The position numbers and the translations under genes were made by a program. The notes below the pieces were generated by a model. That model was not told the origin of the DNA. It searched no databases and was given only the letters and a program-made list of their open reading frames with translations. Below are positions 42,481 through 52,369 of a stretch of DNA of 64,000 nt, piece by piece. Numbering within the stretch: position 1 is the first letter of the stretch; each line of letters starts with the position of its first letter. Location of the stretch: positions 1-64,000 of the IMG/VR virus record IMGVR_UViG_3300045971_000577. The stretch is one strand, 5' to 3'.

Positions 42481-43729
42481 CGACTATTATGCCTAACTGT
42501 TACGGAATTGTCAAGCGGTTATAGGAACCTTATCAGGTCATCACGCAGATCGATGATTTCGTACTCGATACTATTCGCTAGACCAGCCATCACCTGTGAA
42601 TCGGTGACGGCACCGGTTTGAGGATTGATCATCTGCTTTAACATCTTCAGCCTACGTTCGATAGCCTCGATGTGATACAATGCAGACGAAGCAGCTTCGA
42701 AGTTATCTTTTGCCACAGTTATCTCACAGATGAAAGTATGCAACGATCAAGTTCACCACAGGAATCAACGGAACAATGATAAGTCCCACGACAATTTCCT
42801 TAGTGGTGTATGGATAGCGTTTCCTATAGTCGAGCCACTCAATAAACAGTATGCCGAATGAAACGACGACGGTAACTGCATAGACTGCACAAAGGATAGG
42901 AATGAGCATGATTACCTCAGGTAGTGGATGTTTTCGATGATTGCATCCTTCTGTTCCCTAGAAAGAGTTGCAAAAACATCCTGTGCAACGCCGCGGCGAT
43001 ATATTCTGGCTTCCTGATCAATCTTCATATCACGAAGCTTACGCTCCAGATATTCGAGTTCCCACGATTCTGTCTGGTAGGTCAGCGTGTCATCAATGAC
43101 GGCGGCATCGTCGTAGAAGTGAACGGATGGTCCGGTTGCAGTCAGACTGACATTCACAGCGACACCAATACTTTGCGCCAATGCCTGTGCATCCATCAAC
43201 CGCTTGGGGACAGTCAGCAGATAGGCTTCCAATGCTGCTTCGGCAACAGCCTGCTCTCGAGCTTCACGGAGAATCTTTTCATCTTTTGTTTCACGAGCCA
43301 TTTTTCTTTCCCTTTGTGCGTTCACGTGGCCAGTAGCCTTCGGCCAGATCATCCGTGATTGAATCCATGAACTTTTCCAGTGCTGCCTTGTTACGATGAA
43401 CACACTGGAAGAAATGCTTCTGATCACTGTCAGACAACCGCGTCACTATGGTGTGCAGCCCGTCTTCTTTCAGTTCCACCGTGTATGTGAACTTAGTCAT
43501 CAACATTTGTCGCTCCAGCTATACAGAAATGCCCACGAACCTGTTCCATCTCTCTGGTCAAACGTGCCGCGATAGACCGTGTAGTGTACGCTGAACCCTA
43601 CAGCAATGCAAACCCCTCTTGCTCCGCATAAATCCGCGGTTGCTTCGGGCAAGGCTTCGTAGTATTGCCTGCCTATACCAGGCGTCGACAATGGCGGGAT
43701 AAGTCGATAGCCATTGATGGTAGTTTGCA

Positions 43730-44389
43730 TCAATCTCTCACTGGGTAGCGCGTGAACATGATCTTACCCTCATTCATTTCTTGTTTCAGCCGTTTACGCT
43801 TCCATCCGACCTTCTGCAGCCATGTGTCAATTTTTCTTGAGAACGCGTCGGCAGAAACTTTCATTGCCCACTCGTTTAGTTTGAGTTCTATTACTTCCGG
43901 TGCAAGAGGATTTTCCTGGGCAGCAAGCATTTCCATTACTTTTCTGCGGGTATCGGGTGTCATCTTATTTACAAATCGTTTCACATTCACTTGATGTCCT
44001 TCGACCGAACCCTTCCTGCTATTGCAAGGAGAACACAGAACCTGCGTGTTGGAAAGATTGTTTGCTCCGCCCAGACCACGTGCAAGTATATGGTCACAGG
44101 TCAGCAACACTTCCTGTCCGTCGGCATCCAGCGCATACAGATTCAGGTGGGTGTACTGTGTTTGATTACGAAACGAATCGATGGAAAAGAATGCACCCTG
44201 TAACCCACAATGGGCACAGAAGAGCTTTCCGTGATCTCGCCCGAAAGTCTTTAGCCGTAGAGAACTCACTCCCACCTCGAATCCGTGCAACTGCACCTTT
44301 GTATCTTCGTAGTTCCAGCTGGACTTTATATGCCATACCACTTCGTCAACTGGAACTATTGTTCGTCTGAGATAGTTATTCATATGCAC
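43730..44389 (-). CDS. HNH endonuclease
   Basis: CAHC..LTCDHILARGLGG.N..SN.Q.LC..CN..KG. Confidence 0.88.
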   Translation of the reverse strand: MHMNNYLRRTIVPVDEVVWHIKSSWNYEDTKVQLHGFEVGVSSLRLKTFGRDHGKLFCAHCGLQGAFFSIDSFRNQTQYTHLNLYALDADGQEVLLTCDHILARGLGGANNLSNTQVLCSPCNSRKGSVEGHQVNVKRFVNKMTPDTRRKVMEMLAAQENPLAPEVIELKLNEWAMKVSADAFSRKIDTWLQKVGWKRKRLKQEMNEGKIMFTRYPVRD

Positions 44390-44425
44390 ACATTGTATGT
44401 GTGTTGATGGATACTGTCAACAGAA

Positions 44426-44611
44426 TTATTTCGGTCTATGGGCGTTATCCCATTCTTTGCGAGTCCATCCATTCATAAACAACTGCTCACGCCAGGTAGT
44501 TCGGTTTGGATCAACTAGGCCCATGTGTCGCCGGAAGAGTGTTTCCATCTCTTCCAATGATTTCCTCGTAAGACGGCGAAAGGTGTCATCTTCCGTATGA
44601 AAGGTGTTCAT
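44426..44611 (-). CDS. TEDDT family protein
   Basis: MNTFHTEDDTFRRL..LF..NGW. Confidence 0.75.
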   Translation of the reverse strand: MNTFHTEDDTFRRLTRKSLEEMETLFRRHMGLVDPNRTTWREQLFMNGWTRKEWDNAHRPK

Positions 44612-44952
44612 GGCAGCCTACGAAGTTTCTCCGCGAGTACCAGTTGAAGAATTTCGTTAGCGAAATCGTCCTCGCCTTGCAGCAGCGCCTGCGCTCCGAT
44701 CTTGCGAAGTTCTTCAATCAGCCGGTGAACAGGTTCGCCGACATCGACCTTCTCACTACGAAGGATACGGCATTGTTCGTCAAACACCGTGTCCGTACAC
44801 GGTTGTAGATCGAACGTTTGCGGGACGCCCGCGATCTCGGATGCGTCCTTGGCTTCCTTAAGGCCTAACCCTGTGAGCATGCGGATAGCTTTGATGACCG
44901 AGACCTTGTTGTAATAGATCAAGGGACAGGTAAAGGTGATTTTCTTATTCAT
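44608..44952 (-). CDS. Protein with ribosomal L7/L12 C-terminal-like domain
   Basis: NKVSVIKAIRMLTGLGLKEAKD. Confidence 0.8.
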   Translation of the reverse strand: MNKKITFTCPLIYYNKVSVIKAIRMLTGLGLKEAKDASEIAGVPQTFDLQPCTDTVFDEQCRILRSEKVDVGEPVHRLIEELRKIGAQALLQGEDDFANEILQLVLAEKLRRLP

Positions 44953-44975
44953 GCGTGTATTGTATATGATTTAGT

Positions 44976-45026
44976 TGACAGTCGCGAGCGGTAGTGATCT
45001 TTTGTCCGACATACCCTCCACTGTCA
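44976..45026 (-). ncRNA. Solitary copy of the array module
   Basis: Minus strand TGACAGT-G-GAG...CTC-GCG-ACTGTCA; TGC-GAAA-GCA hairpin upstream. Confidence 0.7.
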
Positions 45027-45113
45027 TTGGTTTGGTTTTTACGGGTTATAGGATGCTTTCGCAGACGCCCTTTTGCCTCGCCCCAATGGAACTAGCTGCC
45101 GACCTTCCCAACT

Positions 45114-45317
45114 TTAATCGTGTGGTAACTTTATATTTCGTGCCCTGCTGGATTCAATAAACTCCTGCATGCCCCATCCATTACTATTGAATAGCTGGCG
45201 TCTTTCGTCTGTACTCCATGAATAAGGATGCTGATCCCTCATCCACTGCCTGTATATCTCCTTCATCTCTGTGACAGATGGTCGCGATAGGGCTCGGAAG
45301 GTGTCGTCTTCGGTCAT
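45114..45317 (-). CDS. TEDDT family protein
   Basis: MTEDDTFRALSR..LF..NGW. Confidence 0.75.
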   Translation of the reverse strand: MTEDDTFRALSRPSVTEMKEIYRQWMRDQHPYSWSTDERRQLFNSNGWGMQEFIESSRARNIKLPHD

Positions 45318-45820
45318 ATCAGAATGTCCTTATGTCCAACATTGCTTCGGGCACGATGCTGGTGTCGAAACAATATGCATTCCACATCAGTTGATACTTG
45401 TCGACAGTTTCGCCCGGTTTCATCTGGAAGCCAAGGATCCAATAGTCGCCAAAGTATTCGAGGCCGAGATCAATCTCGTTTAGCTGATCGTCTTCGTACA
45501 TATCGAGGCAGAAAGTAACCGCTTCCTCGCGATCAGTGAAAACAATGCCAAACGCAAGGAGTGGAATTCTATATGTGCTCACATCAATCCCGAAGTCTGA
45601 TGCCAGCCGCGGCCAGATCGAAGTCAGCAGGGAAGGTCAGCGTAGCAGCCGGCGAGCCTTCATTGGTCCAGTAATGCTGATGCCCGTTATCTTCATCAAG
45701 CATTTCGTCGACTGTGTCCCTTGATCGGAACCAGTGGATAGACGAACTGCCATCGCCGCCGTCGGAAATCAATGCATAAACCGTTTGTGTCTTTGCCATA
45801 TCTACCTTTCTATGTTATGA

Positions 45821-45843
45821 TGGTGCCCGGAGGGGGACTCGAA
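45821..45843 (-). other. 23-nt tRNA 3'-end fragment
   Basis: TTCGAGTCCCCCTCCGGGCACCA immediately 3' of tRNA-Leu. Confidence 0.8.
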
Positions 45844-45928
45844 TGGTGCGAGCAGAGGGATTCGAACCCTCAATCCTTGCGGCGGGGGATTTTAAGTCCC
45901 CAATGTATCCCAGTTCCATCATGCTCGC
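45844..45928 (-). tRNA. tRNA-Leu(UAA)
   Basis: GCGAGCA/TGCTCGC acceptor, GGGGA-CTTAAAA-TCCCC, long variable arm, GGTTCGAATCC, CCA. Confidence 0.92.
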
Positions 45929-47107
45929 ATTATCTACCAATTCCATCATCCGGGCTGTTACTATCCACGTTCCTTTAGTATTGCTTCTTCGTAGCCAGCT
46001 TCGCTACCAGCTTCGTACGCTTCTTCCCAAATCAACTCAGCAAATCGCTTGAGGTTGAACTGGGAAAATGTGTAGGGTTTTCCGTCCAAGTCGATAGCAG
46101 GCACTGCAACATGCGCCATTTTGTGGAACCGCTCGAAGTCTTCTTGTTTCATGCTGTCAACCCTAGGCGAGCCCTGATTAGTTCTTCAGCACCTTTCGTC
46201 TTGCCTAATGCATCAGTGGCGCAGGCGCTGATGCACTCTTCCATGATGAGTTTGGCAAACTGTTCCATACCGATCGGATAGATATATCCGCCTCGCACGT
46301 CAGCTGCCTCAGCCAATCCGGCCCTTTCTGCAAGCTCTTTGATCTTGTTCATAGCGTTACGTTGGGTAGACCATGTTCTGCATTCGTCTTCTTGCAGAGC
46401 TCGATTACCTCTTCCTTAGTTGAGTGACGAGTGCGGACGCCCTGGAACATCATGTAATGTTCTACTTCGCAGCCGCGGTGTTGAATCCAGCAGTAGTATG
46501 CTGAAGTATATTTCTGTTCCATTATTTCCACTTGTCGACAAATATCTGTTCGTCGATTTCGTCAGCAAACCAAAACTCTGTACCATCGCCCCACCATTTG
46601 GGAATGGTCCTGGATTGTTTGCCGTCTTTCATAACTCCGCCCATACCTTGTGCGCGGAGCCATTTATTTCTTGCTGTGCGCCATTCGGCAACGGGTGCAT
46701 CGACAACGCCGGAGTTCGGCTCGAACCACTCAATTGCGTTACCGACGATGACGTTGGAGACTGTCATCGCTTGTAGGTCACCAGCCATTTGATTGCGAAG
46801 TGCAACATGGAGCCAATGGTGATGACGCTCGCGATTGGGGCAAAGAGCGCCATGATGACCACCATACCGACAGGACTGTCATCTCTTGGCATGGCGTACC
46901 TGGCAAGCAGGATTGCCTGCACAAGAGCATAGAGAATGTAGAGTACAATTTCCATTATGTTCTTTCTAAAAGCGGTGGTAGCGGATTCGAACCGCTGGAC
47001 GGCTGAGTAAAGGTACGCAATTACCACTCGTCCGCTCTATCTTGCGTTCAACAATAAGCCACTCTGTCAACCACCTGCCGCACTGCCTTCACACGTCAAC
47101 TACTATG

Positions 47108-47686
47108 TTATAGTCTTGCGACAACTTTGTCAACAGGCTTATAGAACTTGTGATTGCCTATTTCCACAGTGTGCGTGAACATCTTTGCCCAGCGTGGAGT
47201 CCTATAACCCTTTATCTTCATCACCTTAGGTGCAAGATAGCTGATGCTGCCCTTGGTCGGATCAGTGATAACTTTTTCCAGCACCAGTCGCGCAACCTGA
47301 AGCGACTGTTGCCAGCTTGCTTTATCGATCTCGTTCCGTTGAGCTGGTTCCAGATGTAAGCTCGTAGCCGCCGCCTTTAGTGCAACGTTGCCATTGAAGG
47401 CACTGTATTGCATAGGCGCAAGCACCTGCTTACATACCGTGGATTTAGGCGAATTTAGCGCCCTATTGACCGCTGTGTGTGCAACAGCGGCCATGCCCTC
47501 TATTGTCTCCCCTCTGCTTTCTCCGTACACCATAACCGCCAGACATTTGACTTGGGCAGGTTCTGCAACGATAGGTTCTTCAAAGGGTAGATCACGAATG
47601 CACGCCATCTGTGCAGCATTGTGAATGGATGTAGGGACTAAGGCAAGAGCCAGAAGTATGTATCGCATAAGAGTATTATGCAACAC
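47108..47686 (-). CDS. SleB/CwlJ-like cell wall hydrolase
   Basis: CLAVMVYGESRGE..AVA...NR, QYSAF, IGNHKFY. Confidence 0.88.
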   Translation of the reverse strand: MLHNTLMRYILLALALVPTSIHNAAQMACIRDLPFEEPIVAEPAQVKCLAVMVYGESRGETIEGMAAVAHTAVNRALNSPKSTVCKQVLAPMQYSAFNGNVALKAAATSLHLEPAQRNEIDKASWQQSLQVARLVLEKVITDPTKGSISYLAPKVMKIKGYRTPRWAKMFTHTVEIGNHKFYKPVDKVVARL

Positions 47687-47699
47687 AAGATATAAACAG

Positions 47700-48700
47700 T
47701 CAACAGATAAATGATAGTCGCGGAGCAGGGCCCTATAGTTTTGCCGGCCGGTCTAGTTACACAGGATAATCCCACTATCAGTAAATGGTTCTGAGTTTCC
47801 CCTCACACTCACCTTTTGACAATCACGATGAGTAGCGAGCGCCCCGACTGAACAGGCAGATATATTCATCCATAGTCATTCTATAGCTTGGATGACTATA
47901 GAAATATTTCCAAAGACTGGAGGTAGGTGCTGGCTGTCGCAGGCGTACATTAGTTCAAGCATGACTAAGACGCATACTTTCGAGCCTTCGGAAAATAGTT
48001 GGTAGTCACGGATAGCGGGACGTCTCAAGTGTAGACGAAAGCATATACCACTACCAGTATAAAATGATTATCAGTCCACTACTCTGAGTTCACATATTTA
48101 CACCTTCAACATAGCTGGCAGTCGCGATTAGAGAATAGATTAGTGCGTTAGTTCCGCCATTCATCAAATGATACTTCCACTGCCTGTACTGTTCCTTCGT
48201 ATTCTCATACAAGGGAACAGCACCAGTTGGCTACAAGAAGAATACGTCGCCTTTCGGTCGACTGGCTCCACCTCGCATAACTATTGTGGTAAGCATTCTT
48301 GTAACAAATAGTCGATGGTCGCGACGGAAGTGATCAATACCCCTGCCTGCAGACAGTTTGATATCAATATACCATCCACTATCCGTCCTCAGATCATTCC
48401 TCGGACCTTATCAAAAATGGTAATCACGGAGTAGAGAATCACTCAACGGGACAGGCTCCACCGGTCAGACCGGACTGCCGTCTGCAATCATGCTCCTATT
48501 ACCTGTGCTTGGAGAAGGCACCTTACTGCATTGACAGTCACGAATACAGTATACGGTTGGTGCCTTTCGACCATCTCCGACCGCAATGTATTCCACTATC
48601 TGTACGGGTTCGTCACTCCGCACCTTTTTCCTAATGAACTGTTCAACCGCATACCAGCGTGAGATACCTTTCGGTAGAGCGCTGGAATAGCCTGTTCCTC
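47700..48700 (-). ncRNA. Tandem array of seven conserved structured RNA modules
   Basis: Units at 47712-47780, 47817-47878, 48000-48056, 48116-48185, 48313-48384, 48418-48504, 48532-48601, with covarying stems. Confidence 0.75.
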
Positions 48701-49498
48701 GGCTAACGATTAGAAACTTTATTTCTTACTGGTTCCTCGGCAACTATATACCAATCAGGCGGTGGCCACGCCGTATTGTGTTTGTTGTTATAGTCGACAT
48801 GAAACTTATCTGCCTCTTCGAATGTGTCGAAGTAAAAGCTTTCATCAACCTTGCTACCCCATCCGCGCTCGGATTCGATCATGTCAACGCGCCAGGGTTT
48901 AGTATCATCTTTGTTCATTGTTACACCCTGCTATTTGTCATTTTCTTTTTCAGATCTTCGAGAAACTTGATACGAGCTTCGAACCATTCGATCTGCTCCG
49001 GCCACTGTGGTTTTTCATCGAGCAGCCGTACATGACATTGCACGATTTCCGCTTGAATAGCATCGAAGATTGACTCGGCTTCGAAGTCATCGACGATAAA
49101 ATCGAAGTGAATCATGGCTGCGGCTTGTAGTTTTTCAGCGTGTGGATCAATCCGCAGGCTTCGTTGTTGACTGATTGGAGTAACCCGGCCTCTTCAGGCT
49201 TGTGAGCGATCAGGTAGGTGCGGGCCGTTTCCAGCCGCATATATACCATCGACATTCGTTGGCTCAGATTGGTGGTCTTCTCGTTGCCGAAATCGGCCCG
49301 GATGTTGAATACTTCGTCGCGGATGCTTTCGAATAACTTGGCTTCTTCCTTTCGGCCAGCGTTTTCCAGCATCCGCATGTAAGCATAAACACTGGCAGCC
49401 ACGTCGGTAATCATGGCCTCGATAAGCATCTGTTCGGAAAGACGCCCGCTGCGGAATGCTTGCAGAATGTCAAAGTTCATGTGTGTCCTTGTGTTATA

Positions 49499-49574
49499 TG
49501 GTAGACCCTGAAGGAGTCGAACCTTCGCCTGACGGTTATGAGCCGACTGCTATTACCACATTAGCTTAGGGTCC
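49499..49574 (-). tRNA. tRNA with CAU anticodon (Ile2-like or Met)
   Basis: GGACCCT/AGGGTCT acceptor, CTCATAA loop, GAAGG-TTCGACT-CCTTC, ACCA. Confidence 0.88.
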
Positions 49575-49582
49575 TGTGTTTT

Positions 49583-49882
49583 TCAGCTGGTGGGCATCTC
49601 CGCGAGCCTGATATCTTGCACCGGCAGCCCAAGTGATTTACCCATCTCGACAATGAGATGAGACTTGGAGCCATTCTTCGCTTCCTTTGCTTCTTCCTGT
49701 GCCACGTACCAATCGAGCAACTTGGCCTGCACCTGTTCGGCCACGCTGCCGTATCCGGTGTCATGTGCGAAGCGCAACGGGCAATCCACCCAAGCCTTGC
49801 GGCGCAGGAATGCGCGAGCGGCAGCACGGTGTGCCTTGTTGGCAGGGTTGAACTCGATAACTTCTTGGCGCTTGAGAAACAT
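49583..49882 (-). CDS. Hypothetical phage protein
   Basis: ORF with RBS. Confidence 0.7.
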   Translation of the reverse strand: MFLKRQEVIEFNPANKAHRAAARAFLRRKAWVDCPLRFAHDTGYGSVAEQVQAKLLDWYVAQEEAKEAKNGSKSHLIVEMGKSLGLPVQDIRLAEMPTS

Positions 49883-49886
49883 GGGG

Positions 49887-50231
49887 TTAGTCCTTATCTT
49901 TCATTTCGAAGTGCAACTCTGTGTGGCAATTCCTACATACAAGTATACACTTGTTTAGCTCAACTCGCAAGGCATCAATATTTAGACCTCTTCTCTCGCC
50001 TATGTGGAATTCCTTTGTGTTAGGATCGGTATGGTGAAACTCGAGTGCATCGAAACATTTGTCGTACCCACATCTTGTACACTTCCCACCATATTCGGTC
50101 TTTAGACTTCTGACCTTTTCCTTGCCTGCATCGCCTGTTCTTTTATTCCAGCAAGTCTTGCATTGATATCTTGCTGTATTGTAAAAATTTTCTTTACCTG
50201 TTGTCGGACACGTTCTGCATTGATATTTCAT
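49887..50231 (-). CDS. HNH endonuclease between tRNA genes
   Basis: GGKCTRCGY..ALEFHH.DP..K..EL.KCILVCRNCH.E.H. Confidence 0.88.
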   Translation of the reverse strand: MKYQCRTCPTTGKENFYNTARYQCKTCWNKRTGDAGKEKVRSLKTEYGGKCTRCGYDKCFDALEFHHTDPNTKEFHIGERRGLNIDALRVELNKCILVCRNCHTELHFEMKDKD

Positions 50232-50268
50232 CTAACCTCCTCGGTTAGATTACTTATCTCTATTCAGA

Positions 50269-50344
50269 TGGTCCGCCCGCCAAGACTCGAACTTGGAATA
50301 AGAGCTTAGAAGGCTCCTGTGATCATCCCTTTCACCACGGGCAG
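50269..50344 (-). tRNA. tRNA-Arg(UCU)
   Basis: CTGCCCG/CGGGCGG acceptor, GGAGC-CTTCTAA-GCTCT, TTCGAGT, ACCA. Confidence 0.9.
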
Positions 50345-50551
50345 GTGTTCGTTAGGAGATTGCCGAGATGAACACCGGCGCGAATTGGACAGCCCACCAT
50401 TCCGGGTTGCACGCAACGGCGCTGAACATTTGGAACAGAGTGATCTGGATCTTCTCGAGCAGGGTCATGGTCAATCTCCTTAGTGCATACAGTATAACAA
50501 AAGACAAAGGGCCCGTCAAGGCCCTTTTATCTGTTTATCCGAAGTAGTTGA

Positions 50552-50650
50552 TTACTTCGAAGCAGCCTTGGCAGGTGCAGATGCAGCAGGTGCAGCAGCC
50601 ATAGAGGCCATTGCAAAGGTTGATAGAACAGCAGCGATGATAGTCTTCAT
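50552..50650 (-). CDS. 32-aa signal-peptide microprotein
   Basis: Hand translation MKTIIAAVLSTFAMASMAAAPAASAPAKAASK; TAAATA and GGAG upstream, terminator downstream. Confidence 0.6.
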   Translation of the reverse strand: MKTIIAAVLSTFAMASMAAAPAASAPAKAASK

Positions 50651-50989
50651 AGTCGTTTCTCCAATTGTTTGAACGTGCTTTATTTAGCTATCGTGCATCA
50701 AGCATCCGTTGAAATATTGGCAGCACCCTGCGGTAGATGCGTTTTTCTCTCTCTTCTGATCTCTTGAAATCAGCATCAGACATATAGTCCCACGCATCAT
50801 CATCGCCATTCGGCACAGCGAATGTGCGGTATTCCCAATCATCATTCATCACTCTTGCCCATTCTTCCGCGGCTCTGCTTGCAGATATGATCGGCTTGCT
50901 ATTTCGAACCTTGTCAGGCCGGCCGTTTCTTCCGCGCTCAACAGTTGAGAAGCGAATTGAACGAACTGGAGTGATGGTGATCTTCATGC

Positions 50990-51316
50990 CTAGTCTCCGC
51001 TGTCAATGTCGAAGGAAAAGTTGCACTTGGTGCAGGTGTAGATGTGGTAGCACCGACCAGCCTTCATGCTGGTAACAGTGTGATGGCAACCAAGCCCGGT
51101 TGTCGGATCAATCCTTGTATAACCCAGCGCCCTACCGGACATCGTCTGCCCGCCGCAGTTGGTGCACTGACGATGGGTGTGGCCCTTGTACCAACTGTAG
51201 CCAAGTTCCTTTTCAGTCAGTTCAACCTTACCGGTGCCGCCACAATCGGGGCACACACCGTGGCCCTTTGGGATGGGATACCAGTCGGTATTGTATGGTT
51301 GCTGAACTTGGGTCAC
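50990..51316 (-). CDS. Zinc-finger protein (DnaJ-like CxxCxGxG)
   Basis: CPDCGGTG, CTNCGG, CTKC. Confidence 0.7.
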   Translation of the reverse strand: MTQVQQPYNTDWYPIPKGHGVCPDCGGTGKVELTEKELGYSWYKGHTHRQCTNCGGQTMSGRALGYTRIDPTTGLGCHHTVTSMKAGRCYHIYTCTKCNFSFDIDSGD

Positions 51317-51964
51317 TTCATCACCGGTGGCATAACCATTCCGAGAGTTTCAACCTCGTAGGAACAGAACACATGGCAATGGCCATCCTGGATCTTGCCG
51401 ATGAGTTCGTTGGTGCGATTCTTGACATTTTCGGGGTCGAAGTCGTCGTTGGGCGGAGACGCAATGACTGCATTTCCTGACATCAGGCCTTCGTGGCTGG
51501 AAGCAATCCAGAACCGCGCTGCCGGTTCGGTCGCGTGGAAACAGAACTTGATTTCACCCATCGGGAAATCGCCATCCTCCAAGCGGAGAACATCGACCGT
51601 GCCGTCGTCTTGGGTGACTTCGTAGACCAAAGAAACAATGCGAGTTTTCATAGATTACCTTTGTGTGTTTGTGTCTGAAATCACTTCAGCATGCGCTTGA
51701 AGATAGGAAGGCTGCGACGAACGAGCTTGTCGATACGGTCCTTCCGATAGTTCCATGTATCGTAGAGACGCAGGAACTCGGCAGCACCGATGCGCTCGAT
51801 CGTCCTGTTGCGCCACTCGTTGTAGATATGGCTGGCCCAGTGTTCCGCGGCTACACCGGGTTTCTGGAACTTCCGGTTGTTTCCGTACATTTCCTTGCCA
51901 TGTTCGTCGTAATAGACGAACCGAAGTTGGATGACCGGAATGCGGGTGACTACGCAACCTCTTT

Positions 51965-52369
51965 TCATAGAAGCCCCAGCGCCTTCATATCGGCTTCGGT
52001 CAGCTTCTCCAGCGCACGTTGGCGAGCAGCCTTTCGTGCGTCAGCAGCATCAGCAGCCTTGCTCACCTTTTCCAGGAGGGCTGCACTGGCAGCAGGAAGG
52101 GGTCCTGGAGTGGTAACAGGTGCATCCACGGTCACTGTGGTGTGAACACCCTTGCCGACTTGATACGTGGCTGACGTAGTTGAATTCGGGCATCGAACAA
52201 TGTTCAGAGTGGGACCGTTTTCACGAATCACCGCTTCGTGGAAAGTGCAATCCGACAGCTCTGCCGGTAATGTAGCCGCCGGAGTAACTTGTGTTGCATA
52301 CGGTTTTTGGCAGGATGCAAGGAGCAGCAACGGAGCAAGAATGAGTAGACGTCTCACGGCTGGCTCCAC
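51965..52369 (-). CDS. Putative lipoprotein
   Basis: Lipobox LASC; CTF..IVRCP. Confidence 0.7.
   Translation of the reverse strand: MEPAVRRLLILAPLLLLASCQKPYATQVTPAATLPAELSDCTFHEAVIRENGPTLNIVRCPNSTTSATYQVGKGVHTTVTVDAPVTTPGPLPAASAALLEKVSKAADAADARKAARQRALEKLTEADMKALGLL

Noticed and set aside
47700-48700. CRISPR or TIGR array interpretation
   Set aside because: No identical direct repeats, unit lengths are irregular, and there are no cas or Nop-domain genes in the window.
47700-48700. Y RNA (Ro60 site), HDV-like ribozyme or k-turn assignment for the module
   Set aside because: The loop geometry is similar, but the sequence differs from GGUC-C-GA/UUGAC. There is no HDV P3/L3 with nested P1-P2, and the tandem G-A pairs needed for a k-turn are missing.
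45780-50350. Theta (HDV-like) ribozymes behind tRNAs
   Set aside because: The 3' trailers run directly into a tRNA fragment or into RBS/ORFs, with no HDV fold visible.
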